Shown in pieces: positions 1-14,299 of a stretch of 64,000 nucleotides of DNA. Within the stretch, counting starts at the first letter, position 1. The number at the start of each line of letters is the position of its first letter. The stretch covers positions 61,876,001-61,940,000 of the forward strand of contig OX597821.1 in assembly GCA_951406725.2 (NCBI GenBank), in the 5' to 3' direction. The DNA is from Octopus vulgaris (Eukaryota). Under the pieces are notes generated by a model. The model was not told the origin of the DNA. It was given only the letters and a program-made list of their open reading frames with translations, and made no database searches. The position numbers and the translations under genes were made by a program.

Positions 1-37
<37 letters not shown>

Positions 38-40
38 GTT

Positions 41-525
41 CCACACCAACTCTCCTGTCTTTAAAAAAATGTGGGTCTTAGAAATCTCCTTCTTAGAAAC
101 TTCACAGCTCCCAGCTCCGCAAAACCAGGAATCTTTAAATGTTCTCGCCGACGATGTAACACATGCCCCTACATCAACAATATTATCACCATCACGGGGT
201 CCAATAAGCAATATCATATAATACACCACTACTGGTGCAATTTGGCCAATCTCATATTGCATTGCATGCAAAGTCTGCGATGCGCTTTACATTGGAGAAA
301 CAGGACGGCGTCTTGGGTATCGTATTCGCTAACACATCAGAATGATAACGCTTCGTATGCCAGGCCGACCTGTCGCCACACGCTTCAACACTTTGAATCA
401 TTCTATTGCATATTTATCAGTGTGTGGTATGGCATTGCACTACGGATCCCCCTTCTTCAGGAAACGAAAAAGCAACATCTCATATTTGATCTTGGTATTA
501 TGTCCACAAAAAGGTATGAATTAAC
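41..525 (+). mobile_element. Penelope-like retroelement, decayed 3' ORF fragment (Cys linker plus GIY-YIG endonuclease)
   Basis: ORF 71..577 gives KPGIFKCSRRRCNTCPYI (CxxxxCxxC linker). After a frameshift, TACATTGGAGAAACAGGACGGCGTCTT encodes YIGETGRRL. ORF 342..524 gives PVATRFN...KGMN, matching the PVAxHFN...GLN end of PLE endonucleases. Confidence 0.85.
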
Positions 526-790
526 GTTTTTCCTTTCATCCTTTTACCTCCTCTTAATTCGTCTTTACCCTTTTTAATCCTCCTTCCACACTCTCTCTGC
601 GACATTCTCGTATTAACTTACCTCTACTCTCTCCATCTTTTTCCTCCTCCTATCTGCACGCCATCTCCTATAACTTCTGTTTCACATCAGCAGCCCGCGT
701 TATTCTGCGATCATTATGAGTTGCTGGCAGTTTTTCAAGCTGGGAGGATGTAAACTCTGCTTGACTTTATTCTCCTTTTCTTCTCTTTCA

Positions 791-830
791 ATGCTTTCTG
801 ATGAATGATTGAATCCGAAACGTTGTATAT
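791..830 (+). ncRNA. Degenerate minimal hammerhead motif in the PLE 3' region
   Basis: CTGATGA at 798-804, GATT/AATC stem, GAAA at 817-820, then CG-TT. Helix I pairing is lost. Confidence 0.45.
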
Positions 831-882
831 TCCACTCCTCATAGCAAGTTCATTTCTTTCCATATTTTTACACAGACACACA

Positions 883-930
<48 letters not shown>

Positions 931-974
931 TATATACACACATATCCATACACACATACACACACACATATATA

Positions 975-1330
975 TACAGGAAACATAGGAGTTGGAAATA
1001 CACCGAGAATAGTTAAAATATTTTTATTAATATATTTAAAGCTTTAACCGGTTTCACACACACATACACATAGACACACACTCACATATAAATATACAAG
1101 AAAAATAAGAGTTCGAAATACACTGAGAATAGTTAAAATATTTTTTATTATTAATATATTTAAAGCTTTAACCAGTTTCCCAGCTTACACTGATTTTCAA
1201 AACGTTCAAATAGAAAGATGTGGCTTGTGTCACAGCTATCTTCCTTCTGACCTGTGTGTGAAGCTCGCCCTATTTTTATAGGCAGTTCATGGCACAAAGT
1301 TTTGAAGAGGGTTTGATTGGTAGAGGATAG
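975..1330 (-). mobile_element. PLE pseudo-LTR-like fragment with partial tandem duplication and a decayed HHR
   Basis: 975-1055 is repeated at about 1093-1178. The minus strand reads CCAAT (1316-1320), TATAAAAA (1273-1280), TTGAAAA-TCAG..CTGG-GAAACTGGTT (HHR-like; the duplicate has GAAACCGGTT), then AATAAA. Confidence 0.5.
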
Positions 1331-1542
1331 TCACATGAATATTCTTAGAAATTGTTGCAGGTTCCCCGCTACGTCCGTATGTTAGTATCAAATCGTATGC
1401 GAGGAATCATAAACGTATTATTACTGAGCTAGAAAAATATTGATTAGGGAGATGCGATCAAATTGGGAACCTGAAAAAATAAGTGTAGGTTTGGCCACAT
1501 ATACTCGAAAAGTGCTTTGTGAGAAATTTGTTAATCTGTATA

Positions 1543-1860
1543 GGCGCAGGCATGGTTGTGTGTAAAGAAGCTTGCTGGTTCCACATGGTTCTGGGTTCAG
1601 TCCCACTGCGTGGCACATTGGGCGTGTATCTTCACATAGCCTCGGGCCGACCAAATCTCTATGAGTGGACTTGGTAGATAGAAACCCGTTATATATGTAT
1701 CTATATATGTGTGTCTTTATGTCTGTGTTTATTTTCCAGCACTGATTTACAACCGGTGCTGGGGTGTTTACATCCATGTATCTTAGTGTTTTAGCCAAAG
1801 AGAATCCAAAAACCAGGATGGCCGCAGTCAAATGATTGTAACCTGTAAAAGATGGCAGAT
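1543..1860 (+). mobile_element. tRNA-derived SINE (family A)
   Basis: Head GGCGCAGGCATGGTTGTGTGT...GGGTTCAGTCCC with A/B-box-like motifs. Homologous to the full copy at 11799-12245. Confidence 0.85.
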
Positions 1861-4374
1861 AAATTGGTAATGTGCGATAAATTTTGCTTTGCTCTTTGAA
1901 GAAGCTACTATAGTGATAAAAAATAAAAAAAAAAAACAAAGTTATTAGGTGAACTGCTTTGTGCAGCAATTTTTTGTGTGATAATTGATTCCGCGACTAA
2001 TTCTGCACCGCTTATATCTCCGGGGCATATACGGCACCTACAGCAATTATAAGTTCTCTAAAATAAGGTCACAGAGTTCTAAAAATTGTGAATGATTGTC
2101 GGAAAATGCAGCCCTTGATATTCATTGTATAATAAAATGCGGGATTGCGCTAAATGGACAACGTTGTTCAAAACTACTTTCGATTATGCCTATTATTATG
2201 CCAGATCTATAGCAAGAACCAAGAAAGCAATCGAGAGAGGGTTCCAAGAGTATAACGTAGGTAGGAAAGCGATTTCATAGAAATGGAAAAGGTGCTATCC
2301 TCAAATCACACCTTATCCTTAAGAATATATATCGAAAAAGGCCTAAAATACGCATATTTTGATTTGTGTAATCATAGTATATAAGTTATAAATTCTATCA
2401 AGCGTAATATATTTATGTATTTCAGCATGTGTTTCTAAAGAATGAACATCATATATTCTAAATTTCACATTCATGACCTTTAACAACTTTCTCCTGACGG
2501 GCGATCATCATCTTTGGAACAGTAGAGATGCACGAAGCTGATGAAGCGTAACGTCAATGAAAACTCTCTTTACTGTACTTATGCTTATTTTCAATATTGT
2601 TATGAGAACTTCGAGTGTAGAATATAGATAAACAGTGCATACTTGAATTCATGCATATTTATTCGTATTTGATAAAAATATGGCTGTATAGTATCGAATA
2701 TGTATTTAGAATTTTCGGTGTTAGTATGTTGGTTGTTGCTCAGAGCGTAAAATCAAAGATGTTAATAGGGATTTATCAATTTGTAGTGTAACCATAAATC
2801 ATTCTCTTGATTAATATATCAGAAAGATTTCGCACAAATAATGCCAAGGGTCATTTCATGTTATACTGGAGCAAAGCACCTTTGATATTAAATTACGTCC
2901 CTCGAAATAGTAATTAGTTTCCTCAGACTTTGATTATCATTTGATGTTTCACGAAAAAGACAAAAATGGTAAAAATGAAGGAGGACGTGAATTGCAAACA
3001 TACTTAAATAACTGCTGTACCTTTCAGTATCAAAAGTATAAATTAATATTATTAGCGGAAAGATTAATAATGATATACTATATAACAATTACATGTATTA
3101 TTTCTTACTGAAATACGGGTTAAAATATAACGCTAATCAATTATATATTTAGCTTAATAATACTCTAGAAACTGTTTGGTGTAATTTTTATTAAATCTAC
3201 AGAACCACTACGACTGATAAATGTTATATTGAATCTACATAGTTATGATAGGTCTCCCGAATGTACTTTCCGACAATATATCGACTTATTGCCTGTTTAT
3301 TGAGGATAGGTGTCTTTTTTTTTTAAGAAAAAATGGCTGTGTAATACATAAATTATGAAATAGAAATACAAAACATTTACTGATGTAGATATTGCAAAAA
3401 GAAAAATATAAACCGAAAATGTTTAGCTTACAAATCAGAGGAATCAAACCAGGGAAAAATAAATATGCAGAAATATAATAAATATAATAAATATAATAAA
3501 TAACTAAATAAATAAACAAATAAATCAATAAATAAAACAACTATGGGAGAGAAATAGAAATAAAAGCTGTCACTGAGATATATGCAGCAGAGAGATTTGG
3601 GGATGAAAATACGCAAAGATGAATAGATTTACAGGGGATAAAAATCAATAGATGGAGAAATAATGGGAAAGAAGGAAAAGTAAATATAGAGAAAATGATG
3701 CAAGAACAGAGAAGGAGAAAGAAAAAGACAAACGAAAAAAGAAAACAAAAACAAAAGAAAAACCATTCAATCGTTGAGAACCAATGTATAATAGTGTACG
3801 GAGGGGATATATTGAAGAATAAGAATACAGAGGGAGAGGCAAAGTTAAACACGCCAGAGACTTTTCATTTATATCCGTTTATCAGCACGATATATCTATG
3901 AAATATGATGTTGCTTCCACCGATGGTAAGAATTGGCTATATATAATTTATTTGCTTCGTCATTACATAATCAAACGATGATATATTTGCGAATACCACG
4001 AAAGTGAGAATGCTGTTCATACACATACTCTTTCTTATACCATATTAAGCTACACACCCCACCCCCGAAAAAAATGAAAGTAGTATGTGCATCTAATGAA
4101 ATACATAACTCCGTAACTAACCAGTCAACTCAATAAATATATTACTACCTAACTTGCAAGCCAAGCAAATAATTGAATAACTAACAAGGCAAATAATGAT
4201 GAGATAACTAACTTATCTCTGTTATAGATAAACACGCATATATTTCATCAATATATGCATATGCCTATCTTGTCGCACTCTCTTGTGCCTTCCTTTCTTA
4301 TTCTCCCTCTCTCCAATATACACAAGAAATACTTACTCGAAGGTCAATCGGATGCAGTTGTAATTCTCTACGTT

Positions 4375-4620
4375 TCTAGTATCTAGGTAATTATGAGATA
4401 CTATATAATTCAATAGGTGTGCAATTTTGGAAAGAATCAGTTAAGATTTCGTTTACAGAGCGACACCACACATGATATGATGACAATGTTTTATAGGAGG
4501 GCAAATTTGGGGTGTTTTTAGAGGAGAAAAACCCATTGCCGTAACGAGAAATATGTGATATATTGGGTCGATAAGCTAGAATTCTAACATACATCGACTA
4601 ATCTCTTGGCTGGGATTTTC
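4375..4620 (-). mobile_element. Possible Helitron-associated non-autonomous fragment
   Basis: CTAG near 4376 plus weak similarity of composition and motifs to the 35.9-37.3 kb element. Impressionistic only. Confidence 0.2.
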
Positions 4621-6425
4621 AGAATGTTATTTAGAATGTTGAAACAATATCAGCATCATTCTCATTCAGACGAGAGTCAAGCATTTTTATTGTAGCTACA
4701 TTGCGTTAAAGATAGGTAATTAATTTTTTAGTGATGGAACTGTTTTTTGAACCCGAAATGGAAGATTCACTTCTGAGACAACCTTTTGTTAATATAATAA
4801 TAGATCACATGTGACATGTTATGGACATTTTGAAGATTAGTGATCTTAGCGAATGTTTATGCGATGCCTATGTACGCTTTAGATTCTGTTGTTTGTTGCG
4901 TCGAAATTCTAGTCCTTAGACATAGCTACAGGTGTTAATGTCATAAATATGTCACCTTACGGAAAGATAAATTAGGGTATTCTCTGCATGGAGTGGTCTT
5001 TCCAAAACGAAGAAAAGGATTATATTGACGTAAAAACATCACAAATGGCGCGGAAACAATTTGACAAGAATTTATGATATAGACTCTGAGACGAGAAAGC
5101 GTTAGCTGCAATGATCCCATTTCGTGACATACTGCGACTGAACAGGCTAATGGAGGATTTTATGAACCCACAAATAATAGAGGTGCCGTTTCGTTTGTGT
5201 CAGAACGATGAAGTTTAACTATATACATTTTGTAGATATCAGATCGTTGCTGCATGGGACTTTCGTCAATGAATCTATTTCGTTTGAATACATTGATTCA
5301 TTTGACTACCAGTGTTACCGTTTCATGATTGCAGGCAATGCTTGCTGTTTCTATTTGTGTGCTGTAACCTGAGCTGACTTTTCTTAGGCGTTTTCTCGCA
5401 TGCAGTCTAGTTTAATGAGATTTCTAAAGGCAATTGACTATCATGGCTGCTGCAAATCGATTTTAGCGGTTTGGCTACTTATATTTGTTTATAACCAAAT
5501 CAGATAGCGCCTAGAGAATGGCGTGTAATTACAGAATTGTGCATCAACAATGCCTTGATGAATAATTATGGTACTTCATAAATAGGTATACAAGCTCGAG
5601 ATATCTTGACCCCCATTAGCTACAGCCCTACATTAAAGCAAATAGAAAGGGCAACGCTTGTAGCAAACTAAGTTCTGACATAATTTTCATAAATAAAACT
5701 GTCGACTATCTTCCAGCGAATAAATAATTAAGGTGGTAAATGAACAGAACATAGTGAAATGTATTGTCATATAAGATAAAGGTTCAAAGATAAAACAAGA
5801 ATATTTGGAATTAGCTCTATTAAGAAAAATTGTCATACACATCTGAGTACCTAAGATTTATAAAAGTACTTGAATGAATTAAAAAGCCCTTAATATTGTC
5901 CCATGGCTTGATAGCTTTCTTTCAGACTATTTCCTTGCATTACGTGACAAAGAAGAGAAGCTCGTTGAAGAAAACATTTTATAAACATTTTCTGACATAC
6001 TATAAACATTTGTGGAACTCTTACAATTCATTGCCTGTCGGAAAATGCTTTAAATCACCGTAATTTTTATCTTCATTAAAGAAATGTAAATTGATTTATC
6101 GACTTTGTATATATGATTTATTCGTTAATAGGCGAAGCCGGTTTGCGATTAATTCTTGTTTTTTATATAATTTTCATCTGTCTTGCCGCATATTGTTCTG
6201 GTGTCCGCTGAATTTTTCTCTAGAGAACATTCTTTCTTTGTAGTTTGATCGTAGGTGATCTACTTCTAGCATATAGCTGTCCACATAGTGGTTTTTAGCC
6301 CTTTAAATATACATATGTATTAGAATTTCCTCTGATTTTCAGATCTTTGTATGCTAGGCTACTGGTTTTAAATTGATATTAATTAAATTCATATTCAATT
6401 TATCTCCCTCATTATTTAAATGTTT

Positions 6426-6473
<48 letters not shown>

Positions 6474-7687
6474 TGTATGTATGTATGTATGTATGTATGT
6501 ATGTATGTATATATGTATGTTTGTATGTATATGTTGTTTTTGTGTGCAATTTTGTGAATATATGCATACATTTTTATACATCCATCCATCCAAGCATATA
6601 CATACGCATAGAGACACACACGCTTACGATGTCTGTAAGCTCTCAGTATTTAGAAGCAAACGTAGGTTTAAAATATATGACGTATATTGAATATAACGTA
6701 TTATAAAGTAATCACATAATTGATATTTTATGAACACACCATACAATTTATTTCATTTCATAGAAACCAATTAAATGGAACTGAAAATTGTGAATTACAC
6801 CACAATTCTCTTACACTAATCTATCTATTCATTGTTGCTGTGAGCATTAAAACGAAAGGTCAAAATGTTTCCTGATTACAACTCCAACGAAAAGCTGCTG
6901 ACAGCATCCTTGTAGTTAGCAAATGGCCACTGACAGCTTCCTTAAAACGCATACACGAACATTATATTTCTGATGAAGCGAATTGGAATAAATGTATTTA
7001 AAATTCTTCCCATTACTATTTCGGAAATGCATAATAAAAGGATGAAAACAATTACTGAAATTACTCAGTACATATGTTGTATGATTGACCTCCTAGCATT
7101 ACATTTTCTCACAAGCGAAATAATTTTGAACAAATAACGCTAGACTTGTTCTCGTTCTCAGGAGCTGTCTCTCTTCCTCAGCATGTTGATACAGCACGTA
7201 CACATACATCTACATACAGTTAACCACACTCTTACTATCACACACACTGCAACAAGAAGTTAAACCGTTTACAAAAGAAATATTCTAGAACGTTTATTAA
7301 TAGAAATGCATCAGAACGTGAATTTAAACTGATTTCACTAAATCGCAATAGTATTTTGCTCTATAAAAGTGTGCGACTTCATGCACGGCTAGAATGTGGC
7401 AAATATATATATTTGTAACGAAATCTAATAAGTTGTACAAATTACACAAGAATATATGTAGTAAAGTTCTACATTTTTTTAATTGTCAATAATGCCAATA
7501 TGAGACACTACACTCGAGAAGTACATCAAGTACGAATTTGTTGCTGATTATAGCTATTTTTATTCGCAGATGTACTCTAAGGCTGTTCAAAATTTTTCTT
7601 GTGCAAATGTATGTATGAGGCGGAAGAAAAAAGTAAGCAACATGAAATATGAAATTTATCACAATATATTCCAACTATGAGGAAATA

Positions 7688-8694
7688 TTATCCATTAAAG
7701 TATGTACCATTACAATCACCACATTTTTGCCAACGAGTTACAAGCTTCTTTATCCAGCAACATAAAAACGTGAAGTTCTGGAACTGATTAACTCTTTGAA
7801 CGCACTTTCAGCATCGGTTTGATTTTTGAACGCCTTCTCTCGCAGGAAGCCATCAAGGTGCTTGGAAAAGGAGGAATCAATAGGAGAAAGATTTTAGGAA
7901 TAAACTGGTTGGGGAAGAAGTTTGTAGCCAAGTTCCCTTTACATATGGGGCGTCATCAGTGAAACGTGTGTCATGAAGAATGATTGGCCCTCTTCTGTTG
8001 AGCAGTCTGGGGCGGAGGAGTAGCAGTTGCTCATTTACTTTGGTGATTTCATGGCAATATGTTTCTGCAGGAATAGTTTTTCCGAGTTTTAAGAAGTTAT
8101 AGTAGACCGGTCTATAGTACACCACCAAACAGTCACTATAGCCTTCTGTTTGAAGAGCTCGAAATTTCGAGAAGTTTCTCGGTGTTTCCTTTCGGTCCGA
8201 ACATTGCAAAGAACGTTTTTTATTACTATACAAAATCCACTTTTTATCGCAATTCACAATACGGTCGAGACTCGGGTCGGTTTGGCTGAGGAGAAGAAGC
8301 GACGTGCAAATTTCATATGTGCGCATTTTCCGATTTTCATTCAAACCGTATGGTACCCATTTGTCGTGCTTGTTGGGTCTTCTGATCGTATGCGTATTGT
8401 TGCAGGCAGATTTCTGGCTAACTTGAAGTTCTTTTGTCAGTTCTCGAGTGCTCTTACGTGGATCTCTCTTAACGACGGTCTTTAATTGACCGTCATCGAT
8501 GTCAGATGGGCGTCCACGACGCCCAGAACACAAACCTACACTGCGAAATCGTTTAAACCATTTTCGAGCTGACTACTCACTGGTAAGTTCCTCATAAAAC
8601 GTTTCGTTGATACCTCGAGTAATTTCAGCTGATTTCTCTCCTTTTAGAAGCTGAATAGCAAACTTGCTCGAGTATCGCGGTGTGACAGTTCCAT
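7688..8694 (-). pseudogene. Mariner (DD34D-type) transposase, frameshifted
   Basis: ATG at 8694. ORF 7877..8533 has RRGRPS (HTH), KWVPYGL (WVPHEL motif), RIVNCDKKW (TGDEKW) and ILHD. A decayed YSPDLSP-like motif follows, and the C-terminus WQKCGDCNGTYFNG* ends at 7688. TIRs were not recognised. Confidence 0.92.
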
Positions 8695-8967
8695 TTCAGA
8701 TGATTCTAACAAGGGTACAAAATATATCAGTATTAATTAATTGATGCATTTGGGCAAGTCTATGTCTCTATTATCAGACAATTTCAAAAGAATGTTTTTA
8801 AAAAATTCAAAAATCACCAAAATTCCGGTACGTGTATTCATGATGGTTTAAAACGTTGCTTACTCTTTACTCAAACTTCTTTTTTACAAATATTCTCATG
8901 CATGAAAGTGAGTGTCTCTTGTTAGTTGGTGATAAGGTTTTGGATTACTCCGTACTCAACCAACGAA

Positions 8968-9046
<79 letters not shown>

Positions 9047-9057
9047 ATATCTATCTA

Positions 9058-9126
<69 letters not shown>
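8968..9126. repeat. Compound microsatellite (TATC)n-(TA)n-(TG)n
   Basis: Read directly from the sequence. Confidence 0.95.
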
Positions 9127-9129
<3 letters not shown>

Positions 9130-9470
9130 AATACAAACTGGGACAAGAACGCAAAACCTTTGGGAGACGATACAAAAAACACGGACGGGACATTCCAAGC
9201 CTTCAATCTTCAGTCAAGAACCGGATCATCATCGCAATTTCGGCTGATTAATCTTGAGATTGCCCCAATCTGGCCAGCCCCAAGGAAAAACTAAGTAAGT
9301 GCATTAGATTCCTTGGAAGAAAGCTTCGAATGTATACAAAACAAAGACGGAAAACGGATGATGTTACACGAATATGAATACAAAAATATTACGTAAAAAG
9401 AATAATAATAATACATCGAAACAATAATAATAATAGTAATAAAATAACAATAACAGGACATCACAAACAT
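9127..9470 (-). mobile_element. Interspersed repeat with a structured core (family P), copy 1
   Basis: The reverse complement of 9181-9340 aligns by eye with 46425-46580 (GTATACATTCG...GAATCTARTGC...GAGATTAAYCRGCCGAAA...CTGAWGATTGAARGCT..GAATG.CCCGTCC). Flanked by (TG)/(TA) repeats. Confidence 0.75.
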
Positions 9471-10276
9471 ATATATATATATTCTCATTCATGAAAGTGA
9501 GCATCTCTTGTTAGTTGGTGATAATGTTTTGGATTATACATAAAACAGAGGAATAATTTAATAATTTAATGTAGTCATGCTGCGATCATTAGATAGGACT
9601 GACTTGATAGTATTAGTCATCTTGGAAATTCATAAAAAACGCACCTTGCAGATATGTTATATTTTAGAGAAAAGATCGCGGTATAATCAAGTGAAAAGTT
9701 TTAAGTGCAGAATCTGAAAACTCCTCCTTTGAGTTATTTGTTCAACATTGATACCCAGCTACTCGATGGCATATGTTTTAGTAAAACAACGGGTTATCCA
9801 TATATGCTATACCGACCATATAACTTTGAAGTGAAAAGTTATAGCAGTCAAACTGACAAATCATTTTGAATAGGATTCTCTAAACTTTCAAACTGACTAG
9901 AAGATGTAGGACGACTTCACTCTCAATATTAAACGAATATTAAACGATGATCAATAATAAATTTGGTTGGGTCATCGTAGATTTCGGGTTACTTTACAAT
10001 AATAACTCGAAAATATCAGAGGTTTACGATTCGCGGAAGTGTAACTGGTAGTTGAAACCAATGTAAAAGACACAGTGGGCTCTTTGATGAGGAATCATTA
10101 TAAATACATGTAATAATATTTAACGAGGAATTACCAAACAGCAAGCAGCGAAAATATATATTTCGTATAATGCTAAACGGTGTTATATGATGGAAAAAAA
10201 TGTCAACAATAATATGTCATTAACAAAAACCACGTTCAATTTTTTGCACGTGTGCCAAGATTGTAAAAGCAAATAT

Positions 10277-10430
10277 TCTTTTCTACACTAGGCTCAAGGC
10301 ACGAAATTCTTTTTTTTTGGTGGGGGCAGCAGTTGATTAGATCAACCTCAGTACGCAACTGGTACTAAATTTATCGAACCCGAAAGAATGAAAAGCAAAG
10401 TCGACCTCGGCGGAATTTGAACTCAAACCG
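10277..10430 (-). mobile_element. tRNA-derived SINE (family B), partial
   Basis: Minus strand reads GAGTTCAAATTCCGCCGAGGTCGACTTTGCTTTTCATTCTTTCGGG..GATAAATTTAGTACCAG, a B box plus a Nin/Deu-like central domain. Shared with four other copies in the window. Confidence 0.85.
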
Positions 10431-10634
10431 TATTTGTATAAAAAGAATTGGAACCATGTACACGGCCTCCGTGTGAGTAGTACATAAATGGATAGTGTAT
10501 TTTTTAAGAGTTTATTTAGCTAAGAAATGAGTCACCAATATGATATTTCGATCGAAAATACATACATAATTGCACACACACACACACACACATCCCACAC
10601 AACACACAGGCACACAAACATATAAATGTATATG

Positions 10635-10694
<60 letters not shown>

Positions 10695-11535
10695 TTATAA
10701 ATATGCATATATGCAGGCACGCAGGCACATATTTTTCCACATTCACACATCCACACAAATATTTATGTATATATATACATACACATATATATTCAATACC
10801 CATCCACACGTACGCACTTTCAGAGACAGACGTAGTTGCATGTAACTCAAGCATTTTCGAGTATAACAAATATAATACCAGTTCATGAATTGGATGCATC
10901 TATAATTGTGTCATGTATCAGTTATGATATTTTTCCTATTTTTGAAAAGTATATGGGTTATAAGGTTTTACAAGTATATTACAGTTCAAATCTTTCGATA
11001 ATTGGGGAGTAAATAATATGGTGCTGCATTTAGAATTCCCCCAATATTAAGATGCAATCGGAAATCAAACTAGAAATGGACACGCCTTGGGCGTTGCCGA
11101 AGCTGTTAATGTATTTACCACTAAAATACTAGCTCGCGGCTTTTTTCCAAGTACTTCAGCAAGTATTTAACTAACATACAGACGCAAAAAACGCGCGGGA
11201 GCACACATGCACACACGCACACAAAAACACACACATACATACATACGTACACGCGCGCACACATATACATTATAAAATCGATAGTTTTTGAGCAGATGCT
11301 GGATTTGCCTTGAATATAATTGAATTCGAAAGTATTGTTCGAATTGCAATTTCTGAGAACAATACACCTAAAGTACCAATATAAATATGAAAATAAATAT
11401 CTAAGTACATATTTAAGGCATGAATTAACTTAGGCTTTTCTTTTACTGAACGTCCTTCTCTAGATTACATTGCGTTAAAACAACACCCCTTCTGGCATTT
11501 CATTAATTATCTACTTCTATAATTTATTTCTATGT

Positions 11536-11740
11536 GGAGACGTATGGCGTGGCAATTTGTGTGTTGGATTTATGATCGTAAGCTTGTGTTTTTAATTTGT
11601 CGACCGGACGAGGAGCTGTCCTCATGAACAAAACACTTCGTTTCACGTTGCTCCAGTCCACTCAACTGGTAAACATAAGTAACCTTACGACGGACCGGTG
11701 TCCCGTGCAGGTAGGACTATATATTCCGGGGAAACTGGTC
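11536..11740 (+). mobile_element. Old tRNA-derived SINE (family C)
   Basis: Degenerate tRNA-like head followed by GTTGCTCCAGTCCACTCAACTG...AACCTTACGACGGACCGGTGTCCCGTGCAGG, typical of conserved SINE body domains. Confidence 0.6.
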
Positions 11741-11798
11741 TTATATTCGTTCTGGATTAATCTGGACGAAGCATTTTTTTGTTACCAAATTTCTTTGA

Positions 11799-11971
11799 TG
11801 GCTGCAGGAGTGGCTATGTGGCAAGTACCTTGCTTACCAACCACATAATTCCGGGTTCAGTACAACTGCGTGGCACCCTGGGCAAGTGTCATCTACTATA
11901 GCCTCGGTCCGACCAAAGCTTTGTGAGTGGATTTGTAGACGGAAACTGAAAAGAATCCCGTCGTATATATG

Positions 11972-12048
<77 letters not shown>

Positions 12049-12245
12049 GTTTGTGTGTGTGTGTCTGTGTTGACAACTGATGTTGGTGTGTTTACGTCCG
12101 CGTAACTTAGCGGTTCAGCAAAAGAGACCAGTAGAATAAGTACTAGGCTTACAAATACTGTCCTGGGGTCGAATTGCCCGACTAAAGGCGGTGCTTCAGC
12201 ATGGCCACAGTCAAATGACTGAAACAAGTAAAAGAGTAAAAGAGT
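11799..12245 (+). mobile_element. tRNA-derived SINE (family A), near full length
   Basis: tRNA-like head, CORE-like CCCTGGGCAAGTG, internal (TA)n/(TG)n, and a 3' tail ending GAAACAAGTAAAAGAGTAAAAGAG. Confidence 0.92.
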
Positions 12246-14299
12246 ATCTTATTTATTAGTTACATCATGTAAGAAACTTACCCTGCTACAAACATCAAAT
12301 CTCTTAATGAATTTTGCTCCTTGTCATCAACTTCCTATTAAAACGTGAAAGTTTTTGTTATATCCCACTGAGTATAATTCATTCGGTAAAACTAGAATAT
12401 CATGAAGTTATGGCTCAAAATATTATCAGCAAATGATTAATGTAATGGATAGACTTAATCATTAGAAATGTTTTCCAATCAGCGATATTGTTTAATATAA
12501 TACCACTGAGGAAACCTTAGATTTCTTCGTCTTGAAAATAATTTAACAAGTACTCGGGGCTATTAATCAATATAAACATTTCCCAAACTGCTGGTGTTGT
12601 GTTTACATTAGAAACAATATGATTATGATTTACAAGTATTAGCTTAAAAATACGGGTTTGAATATCTTAAATCGTTGCCCTTAATAAATGGTACTCTTGA
12701 TTTATTTAATTATATATTATCACTTCAAATGGTGGGAATTTAAACACGAAGGAAATTTAATTCACATTAATATGGGCTGTCATCTTGGGTTACAAATAAT
12801 GATAGAAAATTAATTCAGTCGAGAAAAGATTCAGTTTATGTTTGGATTAAGATATAGTGATATCAAGTATATTACGAATATATAAATTCATCTAATTTCC
12901 ATAGAATCTAGTTTTCAATATATGCATAAATCTCGTATATGATTATGCCTGAATATAAATAAAAGGAGGCTTTCAGTAAATATGAAAACAATTTATTAAA
13001 TAACAATAATGTTGAAGTGAATCCGAATGTCGTATGAATCATTTTTCATTTGCATAACATCTCAGTAATATATTTCTTGGATATTAATAATTAATAAGAA
13101 CGAAGGTGATACTAGTTCATAATTTCTAATGGGAATTGTTATTTAACATCAAAGAAGAGAAATCAATTCTGAAACTATTTATAAAGTCGCCTAACATTTT
13201 ACTCCAGTGTTCGGACTTTCGCAATAGTGTTCATAATTTAATAATAATAGTCGTTTTAACTGTGGAATGAGGCAAATTTTCGCGGGTAGAGACGAATGCA
13301 TTAAATACATTCTGTTTAGTGTTTTATCGACCACAGGAAGACCAAAATATGGTAAGACTCCTGTCGATATGATAATTACTTGTAAGTAAATAATGCATGA
13401 TATGTTTTCGTTTGCTTACACCGTTTCTGCCACATGACATCATTAGCATAAAATGATTTCTAACATTAACTTGAGTAAGAATGTTGGACTGATCAAAGGC
13501 AATTGATTCAGAGCAGTCAAAGAAGCAGAATATGTAAGAAAAATACGGCCGTTCATATAAAGTAGCTACACTACGGAATTGTACTCGACATCTAAAGATA
13601 GAAAACAACAACCACTACATTCTTACTACAAAAAACAGCAAAATACATTTGATTAATTCAGATTTGTACTACAATACGTTCAATGATAATGCTAGATTTC
13701 TGATATTTTCACACTAACAAATTTGTCTTCAATATGTCCAACTATTTGCGGAATTATTGAAGGAAGTCATACTACATCCGACAAGCATTGCAAGCAATTG
13801 TTTACTGTACGATGCATGTTATCATTTACAATTACTCATTGTGAAACAAGACAATTGAAAATTGAGAGCTATTGACCAGTGGGTTAACATTATTGCTTAT
13901 TGCATTAAGAGAATGCAAACAATCATGCCTAGTAAAGAAAATATATTCTTGCTGTTTCTGACCTTCTGGGTTTCTTAAGACACACACTGAGTGGCAGAGT
14001 CTCGGTATATCATTCGCCTAGTGACTGAGTCCTATTCAAACAAATATTTTCCTCTCTGTGACATTTTCCTCCAATGTACATCGGCTTGCATATTTTTATA
14101 TCGCAATCAACTTATAGAAGGCAGTTATTTTGAAAAGTTGTTAAAATAGCTGATGGAAAGCTTTGTGATATATTATATTGCGGAATTCAAATGAGATAAT
14201 AAAGAAATAAAAAAGACACGTCAAATGTTCTCCTGATCGAATATCTTTCTTCCGGAATGTTGCGCTTTTATGACAAATTTATATGGGTACAGACATAAG

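Noticed and set aside
4650-5750. Coding-like unique sequence (also 53050-53700 and 57300-57750), possibly ancient transposase
   Set aside because: No long ORF and no motif I could identify with confidence. It would need a translated search.
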